The notes under the pieces were generated by a model. That model worked only from the letters and a program-made list of their open reading frames with translations. It did no database searches and was not told the DNA's origin. 64,000 bases of DNA from Lophium mytilinum (taxonomy: Eukaryota), in contig MU004185.1 in NCBI GenBank assembly GCA_010093605.1, positions 393,334-457,333 on the forward strand, in the 5' to 3' direction. Below, in pieces: positions 36,102 to 48,927 of the stretch. Both the position numbers and the translations under genes were made by a program. The stretch's first letter is position 1. Each line of letters opens with the position of its first letter.

Positions 36102-38362
36102 ACGGAGTATTTGTGTGTCGGTGGCACAGGGACCAACTCGGGGCGCATGTGCGACAGTGTTTCAAAGATGCACGTCAGGCCCATATAGCCACAGAGGATC
36201 GCCGGCCATATGAAGGTTAGGCGCTCTGTACAGAAGCTGTATTGTATTCGAGGCAATTCACTCGGACAGCGCTTGGAGAGGTGACCAGCGAGTGAAACGC
36301 GGGCATGCAATCACGAATAGATGCGGGCATGCAGCAATTGCCGTGACTCCAGATTGTGAAACTGTTATATGCCAGATCCCTGCGGCGCATCTCCTTGCAT
36401 TGATGATGTCGGGCCAATCTATTGCAGGGGATTACGCCGCAATAGGCGCTCCGCATCGGGCCTGGCGCAAGCGATTGGCTGGCGCTCAGGGAGGGCGTTG
36501 CTTTTGCCTGAGCTGTCCAGCTGGACTGCTGAAGATTCTCCTGGCTTCTACGGAGCGATTACGGCACAGCAGCTGTGGCAGCGCGTCGAGAGCGGCCATT
36601 TGCTGGCTCGGTGATGGGATGCGGTGGGGCGCTGAGGTTAGAGAATGAGGACAGTGTTGGTGGCGAGCAGTTCCCTATTACGTCGCGGCAATAATGCCTG
36701 CGTGCGAGACGGATTGACAGGAGTGATGACGGGCGTGAGTCGCCGTATTTGACTTTAACGCCGGCTGCTGATTTGCTGTCGTCGTGGCACAGTTAATTTT
36801 TACTGCATGTAGCTAGGGGTCGGATGGGCAGCTAGTTATCGCTGTACGGATCGCGAGCCAGGGCCCCAGTATTGTCCAAGGCCCTTTCAGAGTCCTTTCA
36901 GGATTGCTGTCGATGTTAGGCGCTTTGCCAGCTTGGCAGCAGTCTCGGATCGCGGGTCTCGTCTCAGGCGGTTCCAGCTGGACTTCAGCGTGGCATTGAG
37001 CGTGTACTCCGCTGTACAGGCGAGTGTCTAGGTGTTAATTTTGGATATGATAGGTTGGACGACGGAACGAGGAACGAGAGAACGAATAGATGGAGACTAG
37101 GAAGACAACCTTGGGACGCCTGAATGAGCTTGTTTTGGGCAGTCACTGCGAGTAGGGCGTGAGTCGGCCGGCGCTACGAGCGTACGGAGTAGGCACTTCG
37201 CAGGATGTAACTGTAAAGCCTTTACAGAGTTCCGGCTACAGTAAAACTCCATATAGTGATAGTGGCGTATACCTGTGATACTTTCTATACAGTGATACGT
37301 GTCGCCGGACTGTCCTCTCTGCTTAATATGGTATCACTAAGCCCCTCTCATACAATATCATACTAACCGAGCTGCATCTTGTATGAGAGCGCGCCATAGC
37401 ACCCAAAACGCCCCATAGCGGGGCTGCTTCGGGATAGCCTCGCTTACCAAGCAGCAGCACATGACCGTTAATACGACGATACATTCTATACAGTGATACG
37501 ACCCTAGCCTCGGGCGCCTATTAGTCTATACCGAGGCTTTACTGTACGCTTCGTACAGGCTTCGTAATAGACGGCGAGCTGGGCGCCCATGGCGGCCAGG
37601 GGGCAAAATGACAGGCCTGCATATCATTGCATCTATTGCTAGCCCCGGTCTGGGTAAAGGGCGTCCATGGGTCTGTGCCGGCTGTCCTAAACTTAAACCA
37701 CTCGCGTTGTCTTCTAACTTTTACTAAATCTGCGATCCTTTGCGAGCTGTGTGACCGGAGCATCCACCAGCTCGGACTTCCTGCACTTCTACTGTTACCC
37801 CCTACGCCCGTTGCTACATTCGTTCCTACACCCGTCCCTCTTGCGCCTATTACCGTCTATTCGTCATACATCGCGTATTGCCCCGGTTTGGCTCCAGGAC
37901 GGCGATCTATTCACCATTCTCGTCGAGAGGCCACTGTCCAAGCACTGCACTGCCAATCCTCCACGCACTCCACTTATCAAAGGCCCCAGCAACTGTCAAC
38001 TCTCCAAGCATCCCACTTTCCAAGTTCCAAGCAGGCAAGCAGAAAGCAGCCAAGCGCATTGTTTGTCCGTTTCATCCTGCTTCACCCCTTCTGCTCACCA
38101 CTCAGCGCTCACCTCGCGGCCACTTGACGCACATCCTACCCTTCCGGGCGCGGCCAGCGACGTTATATCTGCGGCCTGCGCTGCGTCAGCGTTTCTCCAT
38201 CCAAATTAGCACTAGGACCCCCGGACGTGCCTTTTGCCTTTTCTATTTGCATCAGGCTTTAGCACCCCAGCACGCGACTGACTGCTTTGATTACTTGCTC
38301 TTAGTGAGCCTGGGCTTGCCACTGGGGTTACCGTCACTAAAATTTTCTTGCGCCCTCCCCAG

Positions 38363-41300
38363 ATGGCCGCCACTCGCAAGCGATCTCGTATCAGTGACAC
38401 GCCGATGGTGCAAGACGAGCACCACGCCTCAGCTGGCGGCGTCCGTCTAGACAACGATCGGCCCACAGCAGCCTCTAGCAGGAGCAGTATCTCCAGCTCG
38501 CAGGACGACGAGTCAACCGCCGGCTTCTGCAAGAAATGTGAAGCGCCGGTGGGCGAGTTCTATAACGCCTTCCGGCAGGTCACCAGCAACTACTATCTGC
38601 CGCTGCTGCTGGGGTCGTACAGCAGCCGGCTGCTCGAGGGGGACAGGGCGTCGGCTGCGAAGGCTGGCACGGCTTTAAATGGATGGTGAGCTTTGGTCGC
38701 AATTTTCCCTTATCCCGGCCGAGTCCCCCCCAATCAGCGCTCCTCGCAAGTGCTATTTAATTTTGGCGCGCTAGCTGCTTTTCTTAACCTTGGACAAATA
38801 ATCTCCACACTATACGCCAGCTGCATTTATCTATTCGCGCCGCCCCCCTCGGTGCTCCCAAGTAGCGTACAAAGTTACTGACCCTCCCAGCAACATCCGT
38901 CCGCTGCTCTGCCCCAACTGCGAAGAGAGTCTTGGCTTTCTCGTCACTGACGCCCCGCGAGACAAAGACGCATTCCGGTACGTAGCTGTTTCGGTCTCTG
39001 TAACTCTGGCTTGCTCTGTTTCCACCGCCATAGAGCCGGGGTCTGCATGTCGTGCGGATCCTCGCAGGTGGTGGATGCTTTGGATGCTCTATGGATGTGT
39101 GGAAGCGCCTTCACTCCTTTAGCCTCACTCCACCACTCCTCCGTGTAGCTCTATGGATGCGCCTTCGCTCCTTTGAGTCTTTGCTTCGCCTCTCTTCCTC
39201 ATGTAGCCCCTGCTAGATCTCTTTCGTTTTTCTGTTCTATCTAGAAGCCTGCGTCATTTTGTTTCTTTAGCAGACTGCATTTCTCGATCCTCCTGGAAGA
39301 TATGCTGACCCCCGCAGCGACCGCGACTTCTTCAAGCTCTCCAAAATCCAATTGAAATGCGAAGTAGCCGGCCATTGGGAACCCGTCGAACCACGCCTTG
39401 CCTCCGTCCCTGACGCCCATCACCACGTCTATCTGAAAGAGGAAATGTCGCTTCTGCCAGCCATGGAGGGCGAAGCAGCACCGCCGGGCCACCCTCCATC
39501 GCAACACCCGGTCCGCCGTGTTGAGCCTAATCACGCCCAGTCGCCAGCGCCGCCGCCATCGCATGCCCCCGTGAAGCCCGCCATCGCCACTCAGGCACCG
39601 CCTGTTCAGCAGCCCGCAGCGCCTCATCAACACTCTCCGTCGATTCCTTTCCCACGGCCACCGCCTTGGGACTCCAAACCAACCCTCGCAGACCGGTCAC
39701 GCGATTTCCCAACCCCTCCCGTAGTTCCCAGCACTCCCGCGACGCCCCACCAGGTTAATGGCCGGGTCTATCCTCCAGCTTCAGAAGTCAAGTTTGAGAG
39801 CCTGTCCCGGGTCCAGGCACAGGTCAGCCAGAACTCGGCAAGCCTGTCAAACCAGCAGCAGCAATTCCATCGCCTGGAAGAGGGCATGCGACGCCAGTTC
39901 GAGGCCCTTGAAGACAGTATGCGGCGGCATGTTGAGGCTCAGGCGACCTACCAGCGCTCTGAAATCAAGCGAGTAGACGACGCACTTCGGGGAATGCACG
40001 ACACGCTGTCGAACATTGTTCGAGATATGAATGCCCGGTCACAGCCTATGTCGGCGCAGGACTCAGCACTTGAGATGATGGCGCACAACATCAAGGAAAT
40101 CCGCGATAAGGCGAGCGATATCGAGCATCTGAGGATGACGACTGAGATATTGAAGGGTAAAGTTTCACGCATGGAGGGTGGTGCGATTCCTCCTGCCAAC
40201 GCGCACGCATTCCCGTCTCCACGCGAGCCTTCGTCGAGTTCGTCCCACCACACCCCTCATCATACGCCTCACCACACGCCTCATGTTCTGCCGAGTAATG
40301 TACCAAGCTCGGTTGCGAGCTCGCATACCATGTCGAACCCAATGCAAAACTCGGCTCCGCAGAAGAACTCGATGCAGCAGCTCCCAAGCTTCCCACATAA
40401 CGCACCGCCCAACGTACCCCTTCTCAGCCAGCCAACTCATCCTAATCTCCAGGCGCAAAGATCGAATCAGTTGTATCATCAAGGCCCGCAAGGTCCGGCC
40501 CACCAGAGTCCAGCCCATCAGACGCCATCCCATCAGGGCCCAGCACATCAGACTCCATCCCACCATGGGCCAGCCCATCAAATCCCATCTCACCAAGGCC
40601 CAACTCACCAAACCCCATCTCATCAAACTCCGTCTCATCACTCTCCAGCTCATCAAACACCAGCCCCGAGCCACATGACGCCTATCAGCTCCCAACATGG
40701 CGAGGCAGACAAGCAGCAGACCGGGTGGGTATCGGTCAATTCCAACACGAAGCGCGGTCACCCAAACGGGCCGGAAGGGCCACACGAGATCGTGGGTCAG
40801 CCCATCGGATCGCCCAAACGCCCGAAGCTGGCACCGATTGAACCTCGCATGGCGTACGAGCCGAACCAAACACCGCTCCGGTCGCCACACCAACAGATCC
40901 AGTACGACCACATGGACACTTCGGACACCGATTCGCGAACGCTCCCACAGGCGCAGTCGCTTCCGCAGTCCCAAAGCCAATCACGTGAGTCTTTAAGCGA
41001 GGCGGCCTCCATTGTGTCCTCTAACTTCATCCCCTACAACACCCAGGACGGCCCGCCAGACCACAGCTGGCGCCCAGAGTCGCAGCGCATACCAATGGAA
41101 CACCACCGACCAGCCCGTGGAGGGAGAGGCCGTGGCGGTGGTCCTGGCAGCCGGGGTGGCCGCCCGCGAAAGAGCGCGCCCGCTGTCGTGGACGCCGAGC
41201 TGGGTACGCCCGAATGGGAAAAGGAGGACTGGAGCGGAGTCAACTCGCAAACCAACCCAAACGGCTACTTCATGCCCGGCGAACACAAACACGGTCGTGA

Positions 41301-42447
41301 TATCGTACGACGGGGCTCTGGCGGCGGCGGCAATGCCTCAGCGGCCAGAACCTCTCGTCCTACTAGCTCTAGCGGCCGTTCCGTCAGTATGGGTATGCAA
41401 GGTGTTACGCCGGGCCCGGGCATCAATCTCGTCGGCCAAGACCCGTACTCGCACACGAAGAAGACGCGTACGAAGCCCATTCGCAATTCCGACGGCATCC
41501 TCATCCGCAAAGACGGTCGCCCAGATATGCGGTCGCAATCCTCGGCCGCCAACCTCCGCAAGGTGCACGCGCGCAAGGAAGAACAGAAGGGGAGCGGACG
41601 TGAATATACGCCGACGTCTGGCTTGTATTACTCGACTGGTGCAGGCGACGAGTCACCGAGCCCGATGGAAGGCGGCGAGGATGCGGGTCCTGCGTCTCAG
41701 CACAAGCACCAGAGGATCATGCGGCGGATGTTCCCAGAGGGGCTGGACGAGGCGAGACGCGGACACGACTACGCAAAGCAGATTTTTGACTCTGCGGCCC
41801 TGGCGAACGCGGGCGCTGCGGCGGCGAGGGGGCAACAGATCACGCTGACGATTGAGGGAGAGAGTAGAGCCGCGAGCAGCGATGTCAGCCCCGTGACTAG
41901 TGCAGGTTCTAGCGGAGACGGCGATGTTGAGATGCGCGAGGTCGGAGTGGATTCGCGATCGCCGAGTCGTGGCGAGACAGTGAAGGGCGAGCAGTCCAAG
42001 TCGCCTGTGCAAATTCAAACCCGGGAGCAGACGGTAGAGCGGGTCCCGGACTCACAAGCAACGGAGTCGCAAGAGCAACAGCGCACTCCTGGGCCTGACA
42101 GCGCAGACAAGGACCGCATGAGTGTTGAGAACCAAAGGCAGGACTATCTCACCACCTCCGAGCGTGCTGCTAAAGCTGCCGCCCCTCCAACTCCCCAACC
42201 TGAGCCCGCCCAGCTTCTTACAGCCACAGCAGCTGAGGGCCGACGCCGCCGCGGCAACACCCTCGAAGCAGCCGCCGTGCGCTCCTCGCCTCGGAAAGCA
42301 GTCGACCGCGGTGACGTGTCTGTCGCTGAATACGCGAAGGAGAATGAGCCGATGGTCACGCGACGGAGGAGAGGGAACACGCAGGATCGGATGTATCTCT
42401 CTGATCAAGACACCGCGAAGGGGGGTGAGGTGAAGTTGACGGCGTGA
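38363..42447 (+). CDS. Large low-complexity probable nuclear protein with N-terminal Mis18/Yippee-like Zn domain and AT-hook-like motif
   Basis: Introns 38686-38890 and 38978-39317 give FCKKC...LNGCNIRPLLCPNC..LGF; then coiled coil, HQxP repeats, RGGRPRK and KPIRNSDGILIRKDGRPDMRSQSSAANLRKVH. Confidence 0.8.
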
Positions 42448-44131
42448 GTGCTCGAAAAGTCGGTGCAAAAACCACAGATTGGAGCAAAGCCATGACATTT
42501 AGCGAGTTCTTCTTACATTTTCCTTTGGTATGCACTCCGAGTAACCAAAGACGGGCACATTTTGAGCGGCGTTAGTTGACTGATGAGGCGTTTTGGCGGG
42601 CATGGCATTTATGGTTCATTCCCCTTGTTATGGGGTGAGCAACTGATCTCAAATTCTTGCATTCATGCAGCGAAGCATACGTCTAGCTGCTGGCTGGCTT
42701 AGACGCCTAGGGAAATCCTGCATGTTTTTTTCTTCTATACCAGATACCCTCTCAATCATCCTCCTAGAAGTTATTAGACCGCTATACGCAAACACTCTCA
42801 CACAAACTCGTAATTAGTCGGCATCGCTAAAACAGCACAATGAAACCGATTTGCATTCCTCACACGTGTCAACTACATTTCTCTCCCTGAAACCGTGATG
42901 TAATAGACCCTTAACGCTTTACATAAGAAGCGAGGATCTATTGGCTTTGCATTACTAGTTCCCCCATCGAGCCCTAGCTCAACGCCGAATCCAGCTGAGA
43001 CAGCGAGCGGCGTTTCGCAGCTAGGCGCGAAGCAGTAATAACAGCCTATAATACGGCTGAAGCTCGGGCCTTGGCTTTTTCACTAAGCACAAATCTACCG
43101 AGTCACCGATTTGCCGAGACGAAAAAAGGAAATTGTGCTGATTTGTCGTTAGCTTGCTAACGAGAAACAGTAGCTGGAAATGAAGGTCGGATTGCGATAA
43201 GTGTGGCCAGGGGTGCGGCGATTACCCACCCATACATGGGTTCCGTTTCACCGGTCTCGATCTGCGCCGCTAATGGGATGCGGTACTCCGAGTGTTTTTC
43301 TAGCGATGGCTGAAGGAAGGCATCGCTCGTTTTATAGTGTGGTGCAGGGATTATTGCTGGACGATTGGGTTGTACTGGCACATGGTTGTATTGGTGGCTG
43401 GGTGCGTGCGTTATCTACAGGCTTTTTTTTTGTCTGACTCTCTGCGCGCCATTTCCTGCTTTCGGATACGGATAGGCGAGTCGTATTTCAGGTTGGTTTT
43501 AGCTCCAGTTTTATTTGGCGGATTGTCGCATCGCATAATGGTCCGTCTTTGCATCCCGGCTGCGATCCAGCTTGGTCGGCGAGGTTGGAGGCCTCACCGG
43601 GGTGCCGGTGAAGGATAGCGGGGAGGATCTGGAATCTTCCTAGGTATGGACCCACTGGTTTTCAGGGATTGACGGTGAGACGGGAGGAAGTAGTCGCGTA
43701 ATGAGTGCTTAATGTTACGCAAATAGTGTTGGTGGGACTCTCTAGTAAGCGTTATTTGGTAGATCGAGTTAGTGCGACCCCCGTAGCGGAGACCCGAGTA
43801 GGGTAATACTTGATCAGAGCAGCCTGTTTTGGTACTTTTAGGGCGGTCTGTGCTGACTCGTGTTGCGTGGAACGGGTTTATGTTGTGTGCACACGGAGTA
43901 GGGGAAATGTCCGAGGGACTTCCGGTGTGAGCTATAGAATAAATTGGCCTTGGAAGGTTAATTGCGGCGCAGCGCAGCGTGGGTATTTGCTATAGTGGTA
44001 GTCCGTTCCCCGTGTTCCCGAATTCTTGACTTCCTTTTCTAGTAAATGACTCCCTGAACATCCACTTCTTTCAGAGTACTTCGAGTGCATATTGTAGCAG
44101 TCTGAGCACCACGTGTTTGTTACTAGCTTTC

Positions 44132-45082
44132 CTAATCAATCTCCAACAAGACCTCCACGCCGACCTCCTTCACATGATTCTCCCATCCTGGATACAGCGC
44201 TCGCGCCCAGATAGCGATCCGGTCTCCGGGCTGCAGCGTCTCGCAGAATCCTTGGCCGTCGCCGCTTCCGGGTAAGGGATCAAAAGTGGAGCCATCTCGC
44301 CACTCCACTTCGTAAGTGCGTTCTTGTGGTGAGGCGCACATGTTGCGCTGAATGTGCCAGACAGGGTCGTTAGGAGTGTTTGAGGGTGCGGCGAGGGAGA
44401 CATGGTAGCGTTCGAGGCTGCTGCTTGTCGGGCGAGGGCTTATGATCATATTGAGAGGGATGAAAGTGACTTTCGCGCTACCGGAGGGACGTAGGATGCT
44501 GGCTTCGAACCAGGTGAAGGAGCCGTTGTATGTGCCTGAAGTGGCATAGTAAGTTAATAGGATAGAGTTCTTGCTCGATGAAATTCACGTGGTAGGGACT
44601 AACATAAAGAGATATAATATATGGGAAAACGAAGGGTAGATAGAATTATGATATGAATTCAAGGCCGCAAATACGATTTTACATGTTGACTCACCTGGGC
44701 ATCCATGCTCTCCACCCCAACCTTGATCACGGCTTCGTACTTTGAACTTCACAGTCTTACGCTTGATCCGCTCGCCGTTTTCGATTGCTGGGATTGGTTC
44801 CGACACCACGTAGAGTGCCGCTGCGCTATTCCCCTTGTAGTTACTCGCTACAACCTTCAACTCTTCGTCTCTATGACCGCGCACAATGGGATAGTATTGA
44901 GCGTAATCAATGATGGTGAGGGCGAGCTCGGTGGGGAGCTTGAGGTGGACTAGGTACGAGCGCACAAGGATAGTGTCGCTGGGCGAGGGGTTCCAGGGTA
45001 AGGCGGGCCCTTCAATTGGCTCAGGACGGGTGGATTCGGGGGCAAAGGGAGTAAGAGTAACCATGTTCCTTAGGTAGTTCAT
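44132..45082 (-). CDS. Conserved hypothetical fungal protein (SRDQGWGG family)
   Basis: LPTELALTIIDYAQY, SRDQGWGG / intron ~44536-44694 / YNGSFTWFEASI, WHIQRN, GDRIAIWARALYPGWENHV. Confidence 0.8.
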
Positions 45083-45555
45083 GTTGTTTTATTTGTAGAC
45101 TTGGAAGGGAGAGCGAAGGGCTGGAGTTAACGTTAGTGTTAGTGTTGACCTTTGTGATGTCACTCGGGACCTTGTAAACTGCCCACCCCGCATTTATACA
45201 TAAAAACGAATTATGCAATATTAGCAAAGGCAGCTGGCTCGAAATAGACTTTGTGATAGCTAAAATTGGACACAAAGTCTTCTATGTTTTGATATTCAAT
45301 TCAAAAATCTAGGTTTCTCTAGTCGGATTGGATATTTGTGGTAGATTTGTGCCTGATTAGCACTTTACGCGTCGCCAATATCCAAAGCAACCCCGGTCGC
45401 TGCGGTGCAACATTCGTTCTCAACATCACCTCCTAAAGCCCGCATCTCGTCTCTTCCCTAGTCCACCAGACCTCCTCAATCGCTCCTCGATGCCGTAGCC
45501 TTCTCAATTAGCATTGCAAGCGCGCAAACTGTTCCTTCACGCGTCGGTTGCTACG

Positions 45556-46891
45556 ATGACGCGCCTTTTCGCACGGCTGGGTAGGTATCGGAAAAGTTCA
45601 CTCCGTACGGCAACAGACTGTAGATCGTGGCTAATTCAGAGCAGGCGCAGGACAGCATCCCATATCACCAAGGGAACCGCATCCTCTTCCCGCAAATGGG
45701 GCTACCACAAGTAATGTACCTACCTTGAGTGTTGCAGGTGCTGGCATTCTTTCCGGATACCAACTGCTGCGACGAAGAGCATTGCCAGGCCACTATCTTC
45801 GGAATGTTGGCTCCTTAGCACTGCCAACCCTTGCTTTCTTGGTGGCTGTCGAAATACTAGACGATGAAGTGTGCATCCGGCCCACTCTAGTCAAGGAAGG
45901 AATCGAACCCATCCGGCCTCCGATATTGGACTTCAACGGAAAGACGACTACGGATGACTTCTTTATGACAGGGGTCATTTCTGGACTCGTGGCCGCCAGC
46001 TTCAAACGGCCTTTTGCAAACATCACGGGCTGGAGACGTTATGTTAGCCTAGCCACGATCGGGGGGTTGTCAGGGTTCTTTCTAGCCCATGCATACTTCG
46101 GAAAGGAGTATAGGGATGCGTGGGAAAAGCGAACGCTGCCGGCATTGAGGGCAAAGATAGAAAAATCACTTGCGCTGCACCGTCGGTTTCCAGGTGATGA
46201 ATCGACGCCTGACGATGCGGGGCCGATAGTTGACCCGGAAGGCTTAGACGCAGTCGTACCACCCATGATACGCACTCCGGGTGCCCACGATCAAATCTTT
46301 GGTCCAGGCATCAGCCCCTTTTTCGTCGGCGAATCAGGCGAAACTTTGATAGACTATGCTTGGGAAGGGAAGGAAAGTGGACTTCGAGATTGTATCCAAT
46401 CACTCGAGCAACTGAAAAAGACGCTTGTTGTTGAGGCCGAGTACCTGTGGCTCGAGATTGCAAAGAAAGAGTACATGTTCTACACAGAACAGGAAGGAAC
46501 GGAAATGAAAGAGACCAAGGCTCGACAGCTCAGAGTGTTGGAAGCTCTTCATCGTCACGTCTACATGGAGATCAGCAGGCTCGATTGGTTGATAGCGAAC
46601 CTTAAGAGAAATATTCGACAACTCCAAGCCGAATCCCATGAATGGCTACCGCACCAAGAGCACCTCTCAAATCCCGCACTACATAGTCCAAGATACAGCG
46701 CAGGTTACCTGCGGAATGCTTTGCAGAAAGCTTGGGAGAAGGACTCTAATTTGACAGCTTCCCCGGGCAAGCGTATGCACCCAGCGATAACTGGGTACAA
46801 AAAGGAAGTTGAGAAAGAGATTTTAGTCCTGGACGATTTGCTCCGAGACTTTGAGAAGAGGGTCCAGGATGCCAACAACCGTAGTCCGTGA
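45556..46891 (+). CDS. Hypothetical protein with predicted membrane segments
   Basis: 388-codon ORF with hydrophobic glycine-rich helices. The 5' exons (ATG 45556, GT donors ~45581 and ~45711) are uncertain. Confidence 0.55.
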
Positions 46892-47733
46892 TCCAGTTTG
46901 GATGGTAGAGGGCACCTTCTAGGTCAAGAGTTTGAGGTGTTGGGCCAGTCGGGTCACAACTCGCAAGTACGGTGAGGCATCTCGAGCAGTACTCGGATGA
47001 GCATGCACAGGCTCTTGACGATAAGTCTGTACTCTTGTTTGGAATTCATAGCCTCGTCAAGAATTCATCGGGTTTCGGGTTAATGTCTTTCTCATGCTAC
47101 ATGTAGATTTGGGCCGTGGTTTAGCCATTGAGGCTCATTACTATCGAACACATCCTTGATACCACGGCTTGTATTCCCATCTGTACTATACCATTCGGTC
47201 TGTTCGAGTCTAAATTAGAATTTCGCGATGTTCATCCTGGGCAATACATTTGAGTGATCTCGCTATCAAGGCTAACTAATTTGGGGCAAAAGAGGATGAC
47301 AAAATGGCACAGATGGCAGTGCGAGTATTAGACACTTTAGAGATACAGCACTTTACCAGGTGAGGGTATTAAGGGTGTACTCTACGCACTCAGCAAAAAA
47401 GTGCCGTGAATAACGACGAGGTAGAATCCAAAGGCTATAAACTTCCGTAACCGTTCGAAGCGCATAGTGCTGCTCAGGGTGCTGTGTAGAAATATGAGGT
47501 CTTTTGATGGTAATGTTTCAATATGGACGTCAGGCAATACGAATAGCAGACCTTCTCTATCGATGTGACATATCACGTGCCGATGATGTAATCATGTTCA
47601 TCTGTTCAACTTTGGGGGCGACATCGGTATCGGTCTCCGCGATGTCCGCGCTTCACATTTTCTTCAAACCTCCCCTCATTCCCCACTCTCCTATTACCAC
47701 AGCCTTTACGAACCTCTAGGACTCTAGAAAACC

Positions 47734-48480
47734 ATGCGATCCATCTCTCCAGCAACACTTTCTTGGCTGCGCGCAGCCGTCGCGTCAGACTCCTCCCTCG
47801 CATCACGGCCTGCATCCCAAGTCGCAGGACTCTGCGCCCTCCAACGCAATGTTCATAGCTCACGCACTTCCATACCACAGTCGAGCTCACGACGAAGGAC
47901 CTTCACGACGAACCTGCACAACCTAAGAGAAGAGCCTCTAAAGTCGCACACCCATTACCACCTCTTTCCGCAATCCCTACCTTCCGGCCCGCCACCACAT
48001 GGACGCTTCGCAGTCGACCTACCGTCACTACGCAAGGAATTCCTACAGCTACAAGCGCGTGCGCATCCTGATCTGCACCCAGCGGAGCACAAAAACAAGG
48101 CCCAAGCGCTTTCCGCTCGCATCAATGAGGCTTATAAGACTCTGCAGTCGCCACTGCTCCGCGCGCAATATCTGCTTTCGTTGAGAGGAATTGATATCCA
48201 TGAGGATGAGACGGCGAAGGTGGAGGATGCAGAGCTGTTGATGGAGGTTCTAGATGCGCGAGAGCGGATCGAGGAGGCTGAGGACGAAGCGGAGTTGGAA
48301 GAGATGAAGGAAGAGAACGATGTCAGGATCAAGAATAGCGCAAAAGTGCTCGAGGGCGCTTTTGAGAAAGACGACATCGAGTTAGCGAAGAGTGAGGCGG
48401 TGCGGCTGAGATATTGGGTCAACATCAAGGAGAGTCTGGATGGCTGGGAGAAGGGCAAGCCTGTGGTGCTGGCACATTGA
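47734..48480 (+). CDS. JAC1: Mitochondrial Fe-S assembly J-domain co-chaperone (HscB/Jac1)
   Basis: Presequence; LRKEFLQLQARAHPD; SARINEAYKTLQSPLLRAQYLL; LLMEVLDARE; RLRYWVNI. Confidence 0.95.
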   Translation: MRSISPATLSWLRAAVASDSSLASRPASQVAGLCALQRNVHSSRTSIPQSSSRRRTFTTNLHNLREEPLKSHTHYHLFPQSLPSGPPPHGRFAVDLPSLRKEFLQLQARAHPDLHPAEHKNKAQALSARINEAYKTLQSPLLRAQYLLSLRGIDIHEDETAKVEDAELLMEVLDARERIEEAEDEAELEEMKEENDVRIKNSAKVLEGAFEKDDIELAKSEAVRLRYWVNIKESLDGWEKGKPVVLAH

Positions 48481-48927
48481 GAGGCTGGTCGAGGCTGTTT
48501 TATGGACCGTTGAAGGCTTAGATACCCCTAATCAATCACACTCTCCACATGCTCGGCCTCTTGTAGTGAATCTGATATGTCGTGGATACAAAACACAAGA
48601 TTACACATCTAGTAACATAGGCAGTGAACTGAGAGCAGCTTCTCATGGATGGACGGAAGAATGTAGTGCTTTGCCATCAATTCATATTTGAAGTTTCTAG
48701 AGAGTATATGGACAGATCCCTAGGGTTTCGATATTCATAGTCCAGTATATTGACACTTGGAGCTCGGGGGTAAATTCCAAGAAGGCTCATCCTGGTCGCT
48801 CTTGACAGCTTGCTTGCGGACTTGACATATCTGTCTCCAAGGACCCTACCTCAAGCTGCGCACTCCACCCACGCCACCTCTACTACCCTCTGCCGTTTGA
48901 ATTACTCAGATACCCAATGCGATAGCA

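Noticed and set aside
39500..42500. Long antisense and alternate-frame ORFs (e.g. 40165-40980 minus, 41012-41848 plus)
   Set aside because: Shadows of the GC-rich 1031-codon exon.
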